From Eledone cirrhosa (Eukaryota), in the NCBI GenBank assembly GCA_964016885.1, contig OZ024748.1:1-64000 (forward strand): DNA of 64,000 nt, read 5' to 3'. Below the pieces are notes generated by a model. It was not told the DNA's origin. It made no database searches and saw only the letters and a list, made by a program, of their open reading frames with translations. Below are positions 51,431 to 64,000 of this stretch, in pieces. How positions within the stretch are numbered: position 1 is the stretch's first letter; each line of letters starts with the position of its first letter. The translations under genes and the position numbers were made by a program.

Positions 51431-54400
51431 GAGATAATACCTTAAAATAATGGTAAAAAAAGTGTTTAATTACGAAAATCCTTTGAAATAACTTCCTCGC
51501 TCTTACTGGTCATACCTGCAAAACACAAAACACTAGCGTTAGCGTGAACAGTGCAGTGCAGTGGAGTGCAGTGCAGTGCAGTGTAATTTAGTATGGTGCA
51601 GTTTAGTGGCACAGTACACTGTAAAACATTTAGCCAATCTCTCAGACATTTACAAATCTTTCAAGATATATATATATATATGGGAGAGAGAGAAATTACC
51701 CTCAGTAGATCAGACAGAGGGACCAGCTATTGAGATTAACGAATATAGGGTCCAAGAGGCGATTAAGGAAATGAAAAATGGTGAGGCTGCTGGACCATCG
51801 GAGATAGTTGCTGAGATGCTGAAGGCCTCAGGGGACGTAGGCACTAAACTGGTTGCACACATCATCAATCAGGCTATATATGGCAGTGTCATACCCAAAG
51901 ACTAGTGCAAAAGTAAAGGGGACGCTCTTGAGAGGAGAAATTATAGGGATATAAAACTGATGGATCAGGTTATGAAAGTGGCAGAAAGGATATTAGCACA
52001 ACTAATTAGAGAAAGGGTCAAACTAGATGAGATGCAGTTTGGTTTTGTGCCTGGGAATAGTACAACAGATGCCCTCTTCTTGATGAGACAATTACAAGAG
52101 AGGTTCTTAGAGAAAAATAAGCCACTATACTTAGCCTTTGTTGACCTAGAGAAGGCCTTTGATAGGGTACGCCGATCTGTCATCTTATTATTTAACCTAT
52201 AAAAGGGGCCCCAACAGGTACTACTACACCAGGCCAGAGCAGACCTGGGAGTTATGACAACTAAGGGGGTAACTCCACGTTCCCCACAGTTCCTTCTGAA
52301 CTTGAGCCTTGCCACTGGATGTAGTTTAATGTCATACCCAGGACAAATATATACATACATATATATATATGCATACACACATATATATATATATACATAT
52401 ATACAAATATATATATGCGTACGAAAGTGTGGTTACATGATGCCTATGCGAGATGTGCGACGCTGCATGGTAGTGAGACATGGACAGCAACTGCAGAGGG
52501 TATGCGATGGCTGGAGAGAAATGAAGCAAGCACGCTCCGTTGGATGTGCAATGTCAATGTGCGGGAACGACCAAGCATAAACGAGTTGAGAGAGAAACTG
52601 TGTTTAAGAGGGATAAGTTGTGGTGTGCAAGAGAGGACTGAGATGGTATGGACATGTGATGCGCATGGAGGTTGAGCGCTGGGTAAAGAAGGGAGACGCA
52701 GTAGAGGAAGACCACGAAAAACATGGGTGGAGGTGGTGAGAGCCGACTTCAGATCGCTGAAACTCACCAAGGAGATGACGAAGGACCGTGACAAGTGAAG
52801 AGATGCTTTGCTCAAGAGGACCTGTCCCACCCTTTCAAGCAGGGAAAAGCGGACGTAAAATGATGAACAGACGATGATAATGATGCTCTCTATATATCTA
52901 TCTCTCTATCAATCTATCCAGATATCTGTGCATCAGTCTATCTATTTACCTACACTTCTCACTCCGTCTCAGGATCACCGAGACATCACCAACAACCAAC
53001 CCACGCTGTGGGAAACAGTCCTCCCCGGGGCACACCCTGGTACTTCACACCATCTGTCTGTCTCGCTGCCTAACTACCGAGAAATCCGGCTTCTGTGCTT
53101 GCCTAATTCGTAGGTTATTAGGCAGTTGGCAGGTTTGCGGAAGTTGGTTTTGCAAATGGTTAAAACACTTGCATCACAAAATTCAAATAGCATCACTCCT
53201 TGTTTTATCTTTCTCGTCTTTACCTAGGCCTGCATAAGTTAGTGTTACGGTTAGTGTTACTGTTAGCGTTACGGCTAGTTTTAGGGTTAATTGAGAGCAA
53301 GAAACTGCTGCTAGGTAAAGACAAGAAATTCTGCATTTACAAGCAATTTTTACAAACAGCCACAATGACAGGACGGAGACATCGTTATGCTAGCAGGGGA
53401 TTTCAATGGTCATGTTGGACAGCTCTACGATGGTTACACCGAGGTACGTGTTGGGCACACTTACGGCTTAAGAAATGAAGCAGTGAAACTTCTTGAATTT
53501 TGCGATGCAATTGCACTAACCATCTACAACACTAACTTACACAAATCTGCCAACCACCTAATAACCTACAAATCAGGCAAGCACATAAGCCAGATTGACT
53601 TCTTGCTAGTGAGGCAGCGGGACAGGCAGATGGTGTCAAATACAAAGGCATACCCCGGGGAAGAATGTACCCCAAGCAAGAGACTGAATGAGACATACAG
53701 GAAGGTGTGGAAAAAAGAAAGGTCTGGAAGCTAAAAGAGCTCTCACTAAAATACAAATTTAGGAAAGCCCTTCAATATGTGTATGATGAAAAAGAAGACG
53801 ATTTAGAGTCGTACAACATAGATGATAACTGGAATTTCTTATGCGATACCTTACTGCAGGTTACTGATGAAACTTGTGGCTGGATCAGAGTTCCAACCAG
53901 ACAGAGAGTGACATGGTGGTGGGACAGCACAGTAGATCGGGCCATTGGAGACTAAAGACTAGCATGGAATGCTTGCAAAATTAGTGCGAGTAGAGAAGAA
54001 TATACAGCTGCTAAGAGAGAAGCTAGACGTCAGGTGTACTTAGCATGCAAGGTGGCTGCTCGACGACGTGCGCTGTTCCGTACTGCGAGGCAGTGTGTCA
54101 GTGCAAATCGGGATTAAGTCTGTCCGCAATGATGCCGCTGTACTTTGTGTCACGAATGAGTGTTGATGAGTAGAAAAGAGGACAAAACTCTATTCCGTCA
54201 GGGAAATGGCCATGTTCGATATGCAGAAACGGAACTGGCATAAATTATATAAAACGTACACAAAAGATCGAGTGCGATAGCAGGCACGTAGTGGGATAGC
54301 AGGCAAACTAACAGCATATTTTGATTATAATAAAACAAATAATAATAGTAATAATAATAATAATAATCGTCATTGTTCTTTTCTTCTGTGCCTTTCTTTG

Positions 54401-55032
54401 CCTTCTCTGTCATCTGAATAACAAAAATAAAAGAAAAAAAGAATCTTAAACATATGTTGCCTTTACAAAGTGCTGTGATCAAAGTAGCTTTTAAGCAATT
54501 TCCTAACTAACAAACAACATCAACAAAATATATACAAATATCTTTGAATGTCAAGTCCACCAAGAGAAAATAGTCATAATGTACTTACAGATACAATGCT
54601 AGGGACTCGCATCAATGAGTTTTAGTAGAAAATGACTGACTGACTGTTGAGGGGACAGAGGTGTGTTTTCAAATATTTATCAATTCACAACAAAGCCTCA
54701 CAAAGCTACATCATAATGCAAACTCACAACACCCTTCTTATGCAACCTCACCAAGCAACCCCACAACACAACCTCACGTTCACAATTCACAACACTCAAC
54801 AAGGCATTCGTTATCTAGGGTTTACAGTAAACATAGCGAGGTAAGACACACCCAGTACACTCTGTAAAGTGGTCATTAGGTTAAGATTAAACTGAAATCA
54901 TACCTCCATTGTCGTTGGCGTATATTTTCTGTAAAACTTAATTTCATTGCTTTCATTTCTCTTCTTTTTCTTCTATTCCATCTAAATATGAAAAAAAAAT
55001 TATACAGGTCATTTCGTCTTATCAAGAGGTCC

Positions 55033-55071
<39 letters not shown>

Positions 55072-58000
55072 GAGATAATACCTTAAAATAATGGTAAAAA
55101 AAGTGTTTAATTACGAAAATCCTTTGAAATAACTTCCTCGCTCTTACTGGTCATACCTGCAAAACACAAAACACTAGCGTTAGCGTGAACAGTGCAGTGC
55201 AGTGGAGTGCAGTGCAGTGCAGTGTAATTTAGTATGGTGCAGTTTAGTGGCACAGTACACTGTAAAACATTTAGCCAATCTCTCAGACATTTACAAATCT
55301 TTCAAGATATATATATATATATGGGAGAGAGAGAAATTACCCTCAGTAGATCAGACAGAGGGACCAGCTATTGAGATTAACGAATATAGGGTCCAAGAGG
55401 CGATTAAGGAAATGAAAAATGGTGAGGCTGCTGGACCATCGGAGATAGTTGCTGAGATGCTGAAGGCCTCAGGGGACGTAGGCACTAAACTGGTTGCACA
55501 CATCATCAATCAGGCTATATATGGCAGTGTCATACCCAAAGACTAGTGCAAAAGTAAAGGGGACGCTCTTGAGAGGAGAAATTATAGGGATATAAAACTG
55601 ATGGATCAGGTTATGAAAGTGGCAGAAAGGATATTAGCACAACTAATTAGAGAAAGGGTCAAACTAGATGAGATGCAGTTTGGTTTTGTGCCTGGGAATA
55701 GTACAACAGATGCCCTCTTCTTGATGAGACAATTACAAGAGAGGTTCTTAGAGAAAAATAAGCCACTATACTTAGCCTTTGTTGACCTAGAGAAGGCCTT
55801 TGATAGGGTACGCCGATCTGTCATCTTATTATTTAACCTATAAATGGGGCCCCAACAGGTACTACTACACCAGGCCAGAGCAGACCTGGGAGTTATGACA
55901 ACTAAGGGGGTAACTCCACGTTCCCCACAGTTCCTTCTGAACTTGAGCCTTGCCACTGGATGTAGTTTAATGTCATACCCAGGACAAATATATACATACA
56001 TATATATATATGCATACACACATATATATATATATACATATATACAAATATATATATGCGTACGAAAGTGTGGTTACATGATGCCTATGCGAGATGTGCG
56101 ACGCTGCATGGTAGTGAGACATGGACAGCAACTGCAGAGGGTATGCGATGGCTGGAGAGAAATGAAGCAAGCACGCTCCGTTGGATGTGCAATGTCAATG
56201 TGCGGGAACGACCAAGCATAAACGAGTTGAGAGAGAAACTGTGTTTAAGAGGGATAAGTCGTGGTGTGCAAGAGAGGACTGAGATGGTATGGACATGTGA
56301 TGCGCATGGAGGTTGAGCGCTGGGTAAAGAAGGGAGACGCAGTAGAGGAAGACCACGAAAAACATGGGTGGAGGTGGTGAGAGCCGACTTCAGATCGCTG
56401 AAACTCACCAAGGAGATGACGAAGGACCGTGACAAGTGAAGAGATGCTTTGCTCAAGAGGACCTGTCCCACCCTTTCAAGCAGGGAAAAGCGGACGTAAA
56501 ATGATGAACAGACGATGATAATGATGCTCTCTATATATCTATCTCTCTATCAATCTATCCAGATATCTGTGCATCAGTCTATCTATTTACCTACACTTCT
56601 CACTCCGTCTCAGGATCACCGAGACATCACCAACAACCAACCCACGCTGTGGGAAACAGTCCTCCCCGGGGCACACCCTGGTACTTCACACCATCTGTCT
56701 GTCTCGCTGCCTAACTACCGAGAAATCCGGCTTCTGTGCTTGCCTAATTCGTAGGTTATTAGGCAGTTGGCAGGTTTGCGGAAGTTGGTTTTGCAAATGG
56801 TTAAAACACTTGCATCACAAAATTCAAATAGCATCACTCCTTGTTTTATCTTTCTCGTCTTTACCTAGGCCTGCATAAGTTAGTGTTACGGTTAGTGTTA
56901 CTGTTAGCGTTACGGCTAGTTTTAGGGTTAATTGAGAGCAAGAAACTGCTGCTAGGTAAAGACAAGAAATTCTGCATTTACAAGCAATTTTTACAAACAG
57001 CCACAATGACAGGACGGAGACATCGTTATGCTAGCAGGGGATTTCAATGGTCATGTTGGACAGCTCTACGATGGTTACACCGAGGTACGTGTTGGGCACA
57101 CTTACGGCTTAAGAAATGAAGCAGTGAAACTTCTTGAATTTTGCGATGCAATTGCACTAACCATCTACAACACTAACTTACACAAATCTGCCAACCACCT
57201 AATAACCTACAAATCAGGCAAGCACATAAGCCAGATTGACTTCTTGCTAGTGAGGCAGCGGGACAGGCAGATGGTGTCAAATACAAAGGCATACCCCGGG
57301 GAAGAATGTACCCCAAGCAAGAGACTGAATGAGACATACAGGAAGGTGTGGAAAAAAGAAAGGTCTGGAAGCTAAAAGAGCTCTCACTAAAATACAAATT
57401 TAGGAAAGCCCTTCAATATGTGTATGATGAAAAAGAAGACGATTTAGAGTCGTACAACATAGATGATAACTGGAATTTCTTATGCGATACCTTACTGCAG
57501 GTTACTGATGAAACTTGTGGCTGGATCAGAGTTCCAACCAGACAGAGAGTGACATGGTGGTGGGACAGCACGGTAGATCGGGCCATTGGAGACTAAAGAC
57601 TAGCATGGAATGCTTGCAAAATTAGTGCGAGTAGAGAAGAATATACAGCCGCTAAGAGAGAAGCTAGACGTCAGGTGTACTTAGCATGCAAGGAGGCTGC
57701 TCGACGACGTGCGCTGTTCCGTACTGCGAGGCAGTGTGTCAGTGCAAATCGGGATTAAGTCTGTCCGCAATGATGCCGCTGTACTTTGTGTCACGAATGA
57801 GTGTTGATGAGTAGAAAAGAGGACAAAACTCTATTCCGTCAGGGAAATGGCCATGTTCGATATGCAGAAACGGAACTGGCATAAATTATATAAAACGTAC
57901 ACAAAAGATCGAGTGCGATAGCAGGCACGTAGTGGGATAGCAGGCAAACTAACAGCATATTTTGATTATAATAAAACAAATAATAATAGTAATAATAATA

Positions 58001-58673
58001 ATAATAATCGTCATTGTTCTTTTCTTCTGTGCCTTTCTTTGCCTTCTCTGTCATCTGAATAACAAAAATAAAAGAAAAAAAGAATCTTAAACATATGTTG
58101 CCTTTACAAAGTGCTGTGATCAAAGTAGCTTTTAAGCAATTTCCTAACTAACAAACAACATCAACAAAATATATACAAATATCTTTGAATGTCAAGTCCA
58201 CCAAGAGAAAATAGTCATAATGTACTTACAGATACAATGCTAGGGACTCGCATCAATGAGTTTTAGTAGAAAATGACTGACTGACTGTTGAGGGGACAGA
58301 GGTGTGTTTTCAAATATTTATCAATTCACAACAAAGCCTCACAAAGCTACATCATAATGCAAACTCACAACACCCTTCTTATGCAACCTCACCAAGCAAC
58401 CCCACAACACAACCTCACGTTCACAATTCACAACACTCAACAAGGCATTCGTTATCTAGGGTTTACAGTAAACATAGCGAGGTAAGACACACCCAGTACA
58501 CTCTGTAAAGTGGTCATTAGGTTAAGATTAAACTGAAATCATACCTCCATTGTCGTTGGCGTATATTTTCTCTAAAACTTAATTTCATTGCTTTCATTTC
58601 TCTTCTTTTTCTTCTATTCCATCTAAATATGAAAAAAAAATTATACAGGTCATTTCGTCTTATCAAGAGGTCC

Positions 58674-58704
<31 letters not shown>

Positions 58705-61700
58705 CCGAGATAATACCTTAAAATAATGGTAAAAAAAGTGTTTAATTACGAAAATCCTTTGAAATAACTTCCTCGCTCTTACTGGTCATACCTGCAAAAC
58801 ACAAAACACTAGCGTTAGCGTGAACAGTGCAGTGCAGTGGAGTGCAGTGCAGTGCAGTGTAATTTAGTATGGTGCAGTTTAGTGGCACAGTACACTGTAA
58901 AACATTTAGCCAATCTCTCAGACATTTACAAATCTTTCAAGATATATATATATATATGGGAGAGAGAGAAATTACCCTCAGTAGATCAGACAGAGGGACC
59001 AGCTATTGAGATTAACGAATATAGGGTCCAAGAGGCGATTAAGGAAATGAAAAATGGTGAGGCTGCTGGACCATCGGAGATAGTTGCTGAGATGCTGAAG
59101 GCCTCAGGGGACGTAGGCACTAAACTGGTTGCACACATCATCAATCAGGCTATATATGGCAGTGTCATACCCAAAGACTAGTGCAAAAGTAAAGGGGACG
59201 CTCTTGAGAGGAGAAATTATAGGGATATAAAACTGATGGATCAGGTTATGAAAGTGGCAGAAAGGATATTAGCACAACTAATTAGAGAAAGGGTCAAACT
59301 AGATGAGATGCAGTTTGGTTTTGTGCCTGGGAATAGTACAACAGATGCCCTCTTCTTGATGAGACAATTACAAGAGAGGTTCTTAGAGAAAAATAAGCCA
59401 CTATACTTAGCCTTTGTTGACCTAGAGAAGGCCTTTGATAGGGTACGCCGATCTGTCATCTTATTATTTAACCTATAAATGGGGCCCCAACAGGTACTAC
59501 TACACCAGGCCAGAGCAGACCTGGGAGTTATGACAACTAAGGGGGTAACTCCACGTTCCCCACAGTTCCTTCTGAACTTGAGCCTTGCCACTGGATGTAG
59601 TTTAATGTCATACCCAGGACAAATATATACATACATATATATATATGCATACACACATATATATATATATACATATATACAAATATATATATGCGTACGA
59701 AAGTGTGGTTACATGATGCCTATGCGAGATGTGCGACGCTGCATGGTAGTGAGACATGGACAGCAACTGCAGAGGGTATGCGATGGCTGGAGAGAAATGA
59801 AGCAAGCACGCTCCGTTGGATGTGCAATGTCAATGTGCGGGAACGACCAAGCATAAACGAGTTGAGAGAGAAACTGTGTTTAAGAGGGATAAGTTGTGGT
59901 GTGCAAGAGAGGACTGAGATGGTATGGACATGTGATGCGCATGGAGGTTGAGCGCTGGGTAAAGAAGGGAGACGCAGTAGAGGAAGACCACGAAAAACAT
60001 GGGTGGAGGTGGTGAGAGCCGACTTCAGATCGCTGAAACTCACCAAGGAGATGACGAAGGACCGTGACAAGTGAAGAGATGCTTTGCTCAAGAGGACCTG
60101 TCCCACCCTTTCAAGCAGGGAAAAGCGGACGTAAAATGATGAACAGACGATGATAATGATGCTCTCTATATATCTATCTCTCTATCAATCTATCCAGATA
60201 TCTGTGCATCAGTCTATCTATTTACCTACACTTCTCACTCCGTCTCAGGATCACCGAGACATCACCAACAACCAACCCACGCTGTGGGAAACAGTCCTCC
60301 CCGGGGCACACCCTGGTACTTCACACCATCTGTCTGTCTCGCTGCCTAACTACCGAGAAATCCGGCTTCTGTGCTTGCCTAATTCGTAGGTTATTAGGCA
60401 GTTGGCAGGTTTGCGGAAGTTGGTTTTGCAAATGGTTAAAACACTTGCATCACAAAATTCAAATAGCATCACTCCTTGTTTTATCTTTCTCGTCTTTACC
60501 TAGGCCTGCATAAGTTAGTGTTACGGTTAGTGTTACTGTTAGCGTTACGGCTAGTTTTAGGGTTAATTGAGAGCAAGAAACTGCTGCTAGGTAAAGACAA
60601 GAAATTCTGCATTTACAAGCAATTTTTACAAACAGCCACAATGACAGGACGGAGACATCGTTATGCTAGCAGGGGATTTCAATGGTCATGTTGGACAGCT
60701 CTACGATGGTTACACCGAGGTACGTGTTGGGCACACTTACGGCTTAAGAAATGAAGCAGTGAAACTTCTTGAATTTTGCGATGCAATTGCACTAACCATC
60801 TACAACACTAACTTACACAAATCTGCCAACCACCTAATAACCTACAAATCAGGCAAGCACATAAGCCAGATTGACTTCTTGCTAGTGAGGCAGCGGGACA
60901 GGCAGATGGTGTCAAATACAAAGGCATACCCCGGGGAAGAATGTACCCCAAGCAAGAGACTGAATGAGACATACAGGAAGGTGTGGAAAAAAGAAAGGTC
61001 TGGAAGCTAAAAGAGCTCTCACTAAAATACAAATTTAGGAAAGCCCTTCAATATGTGTATGATGAAAAAGAAGACGATTTAGAGTCGTACAACATAGATG
61101 ATAACTGGAATTTCTTATGCGATACCTTACTGCAGGTTACTGATGAAACTTGTGGCTGGATCAGAGTTCCAACCAGACAGAGAGTGACATGGTGGTGGGA
61201 CAGCACAGTAGATCGGGCCATTGGAGACTAAAGACTAGCATGGAATGCTTGCAAAATTAGTGCGAGTAGAGAAGAATATACAGCTGCTAAGAGAGAAGCT
61301 AGACGTCAGGTGTACTTAGCATGCAAGGAGGCTGCTCGACGACGTGCGCTGTTCCGTACTGCGAGGCAGTGTGTCAGTGCAAATCGGGATTAAGTCTGTC
61401 CGCAATGATGCCGCTGTACTTTGTGTCACGAATGAGTGTTGATGAGTAGAAAAGAGGACAAAACTCTATTCCGTCAGGGAAATGGCCATGTTCGATATGC
61501 AGAAACGGAACTGGCATAAATTATATAAAACGTACACAAAAGATCGAGTGCGATAGCAGGCACGTAGTGGGATAGCAGGCAAACTAACAGCATATTTTGA
61601 TTATAATAAAACAAATAATAATAGTAATAATAATAATAATAATCGTCATTGTTCTTTTCTTCTGTGCCTTTCTTTGCCTTCTCTGTCATCTGAATAACAA

Positions 61701-62306
61701 AAATAAAAGAAAAAAGAATCTTAAACATATGTTGCCTTTACAAAGTGCTGTGATCAAAGTAGCTTTTAAGCAATTTCCTAACTAACAAACAACATCAACA
61801 AAATATATACAAATATCTTTGAATGTCAAGTCCACCAAGAGAAAATAGTCATAATGTACTTACAGATACAATGCTAGGGACTCGCATCAATGAGTTTTAG
61901 TAGAAAATGACTGACTGACTGTTGAGGGACAGAGGTGTGTTTTCAAATATTTATCAATTCACAACAAAGCCTCACAAAGCTACATCATAATGCAAACTCA
62001 CAACACCCTTCTTATGCAACCTCACCAAGCAACCCCACAACACAACCTCACGTTCACAATTCACAACACTCAACAAGGCATTCGTTATCTAGGGTTTACA
62101 GTAAACATAGCGAGGTAAGACACACCCAGTACACTCTGTAAAGTGGTCATTAGGTTAAGATTAAACTGAAATCATACCTCCATTGTCGTTGGCGTATATT
62201 TTCTCTAAAACTTAATTTCATTGCTTTCATTTCTCTTCTTTTTCTTCTATTCCATCTAAATATGAAAAAAAAATTATACAGGTCATTTCGTCTTATCAAG
62301 AGCTCC

Positions 62307-62337
<31 letters not shown>

Positions 62338-64000
62338 CCGAGATAATACCTTAAAATAATGGTAAAAAAAGTGTTTAATTACGAAAATCCTTTGAAATAA
62401 CTTCCTCGCTCTTACTGGTCATACCTGCAAAACACAAAACACTAGCGTTAGCGTGAACAGTGCAGTGCAGTGGAGTGCAGTGCAGTGCAGTGTAATTTAG
62501 TATGGTGCAGTTTAGTGGCACAGTACACTGTAAAACATTTAGCCAATCTCTCAGACATTTACAAATCTTTCAAGATATATATATATATATGGGAGAGAGA
62601 GAAATTACCCTCAGTAGATCAGACAGAGGGACCAGCTATTGAGATTAACGAATATAGGGTCCAAGAGGCGATTAAGGAAATGAAAAATGGTGAGGCTGCT
62701 GGACCATCGGAGATAGTTGCTGAGATGCTGAAGGCCTCAGGGGACGTAGGCACTAAACTGGTTGCACACATCATCAATCAGGCTATATATGGCAGTGTCA
62801 TACCCAAAGACTAGTGCAAAAGTAAAGGGGACGCTCTTGAGAGGAGAAATTATAGGGATATAAAACTGATGGATCAGGTTATGAAAGTGGCAGAAAGGAT
62901 ATTAGCACAACTAATTAGAGAAAGGGTCAAACTAGATGAGATGCAGTTTGGTTTTGTGCCTGGGAATAGTACAACAGATGCCCTCTTCTTGATGAGACAA
63001 TTACAAGAGAGGTTCTTAGAGAAAAATAAGCCACTATACTTAGCCTTTGTTGACCTAGAGAAGGCCTTTGATAGGGTACGCCGATCTGTCATCTTATTAT
63101 TTAACCTATAAATGGGGCCCCAACAGGTACTACTACACCAGGCCAGAGCAGACCTGGGAGTTATGACAACTAAGGGGGTAACTCCACGTTCCCCACAGTT
63201 CCTTCTGAACTTGAGCCTTGCCACTGGATGTAGTTTAATGTCATACCCAGGACAAATATATACATACATATATATATATGCATACACACATATATATATA
63301 TATACATATATACAAATATATATATGCGTACGAAAGTGTGGTTACATGATGCCTATGCGAGATGTGCGACGCTGCATGGTAGTGAGACATGGACAGCAAC
63401 TGCAGAGGGTATGCGATGGCTGGAGAGAAATGAAGCAAGCACGCTCCGTTGGATGTGCAATGTCAATGTGCGGGAACGACCAAGCATAAACGAGTTGAGA
63501 GAGAAACTGTGTTTAAGAGGGATAAGTTGTGGTGTGCAAGAGAGGACTGAGATGGTATGGACATGTGATGCGCATGGAGGTTGAGCGCTGGGTAAAGAAG
63601 GGAGACGCAGTAGAGGAAGACCACGAAAAACATGGGTGGAGGTGGTGAGAGCCGACTTCAGATCGCTGAAACTCACCAAGGAGATGACGAAGGACCGTGA
63701 CAAGTGAAGAGATGCTTTGCTCAAGAGGACCTGTCCCACCCTTTCAAGCAGGGAAAAGCGGACGTAAAATGATGAACAGACGATGATAATGATGCTCTCT
63801 ATATATCTATCTCTCTATCAATCTATCCAGATATCTGTGCATCAGTCTATCTATTTACCTACACTTCTCACTCCGTCTCAGGATCACCGAGACATCACCA
63901 ACAACCAACCCACGCTGTGGGAAACAGTCCTCCCCGGGGCACACCCTGGTACTTCACACCATCTGTCTGTCTCGCTGCCTAACTACCGAGAAATCCGGCT

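Larger units (their letters stand above)
45290..64000. repeat. Tandem array 2: ~3.64 kb near-identical units (periods 3519, 3639, 3641, 3635, 3633), continues past the window
   Basis: Marker ORF MIMMLSIY at 45716/49235/52874/56515/60150 and again at ~63783. Confidence 0.99.

Noticed and set aside
45290-64000. Intact active RTE retrotransposon
   Set aside because: Domains are split by stops, deletions and insertions; no YADD core in the unit.

Overview
Repeat-dense, AT-rich animal DNA, most likely octopus/coleoid cephalopod (inferred from the RTE-clade LINEs, tRNA-SINEs and TA/CA microsatellites). I see no intact protein-coding gene. (1) 1-20.3 kb: four full plus one partial ~4.3-5.3 kb tandem units made of decayed RTE LINE pieces and two TGT...ACA inverted-repeat elements per unit; the units are mosaics of each other. 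(2) 20.4-45.2 kb: a 3.6 kb modular ATAATAC/AGATAA satellite, SINEs, Helitron, R4/Dong-like, Tx1-like and Penelope-like relics, at least six hammerhead-ribozyme-like motifs (two in fold-back palindromes), a short RTE-like element headed by an HDV-like ribozyme fold, and duplicated dead exons resembling AFG3L2. (3) 45.3-64 kb: a young ~3.64 kb tandem array (more than 5 copies, running off the window end). Each unit carries a minus-strand run of splice sites (including a 9-nt microexon) leading into antisense RTE sequence and a ~250-bp-arm head-to-head LINE hairpin. The hairpin mismatches are mostly A>G/C>T, which is G:U-compatible on the minus strand and has an ADAR-like neighbour pattern. All alignments and counts were done by eye; many boundaries are approximate.
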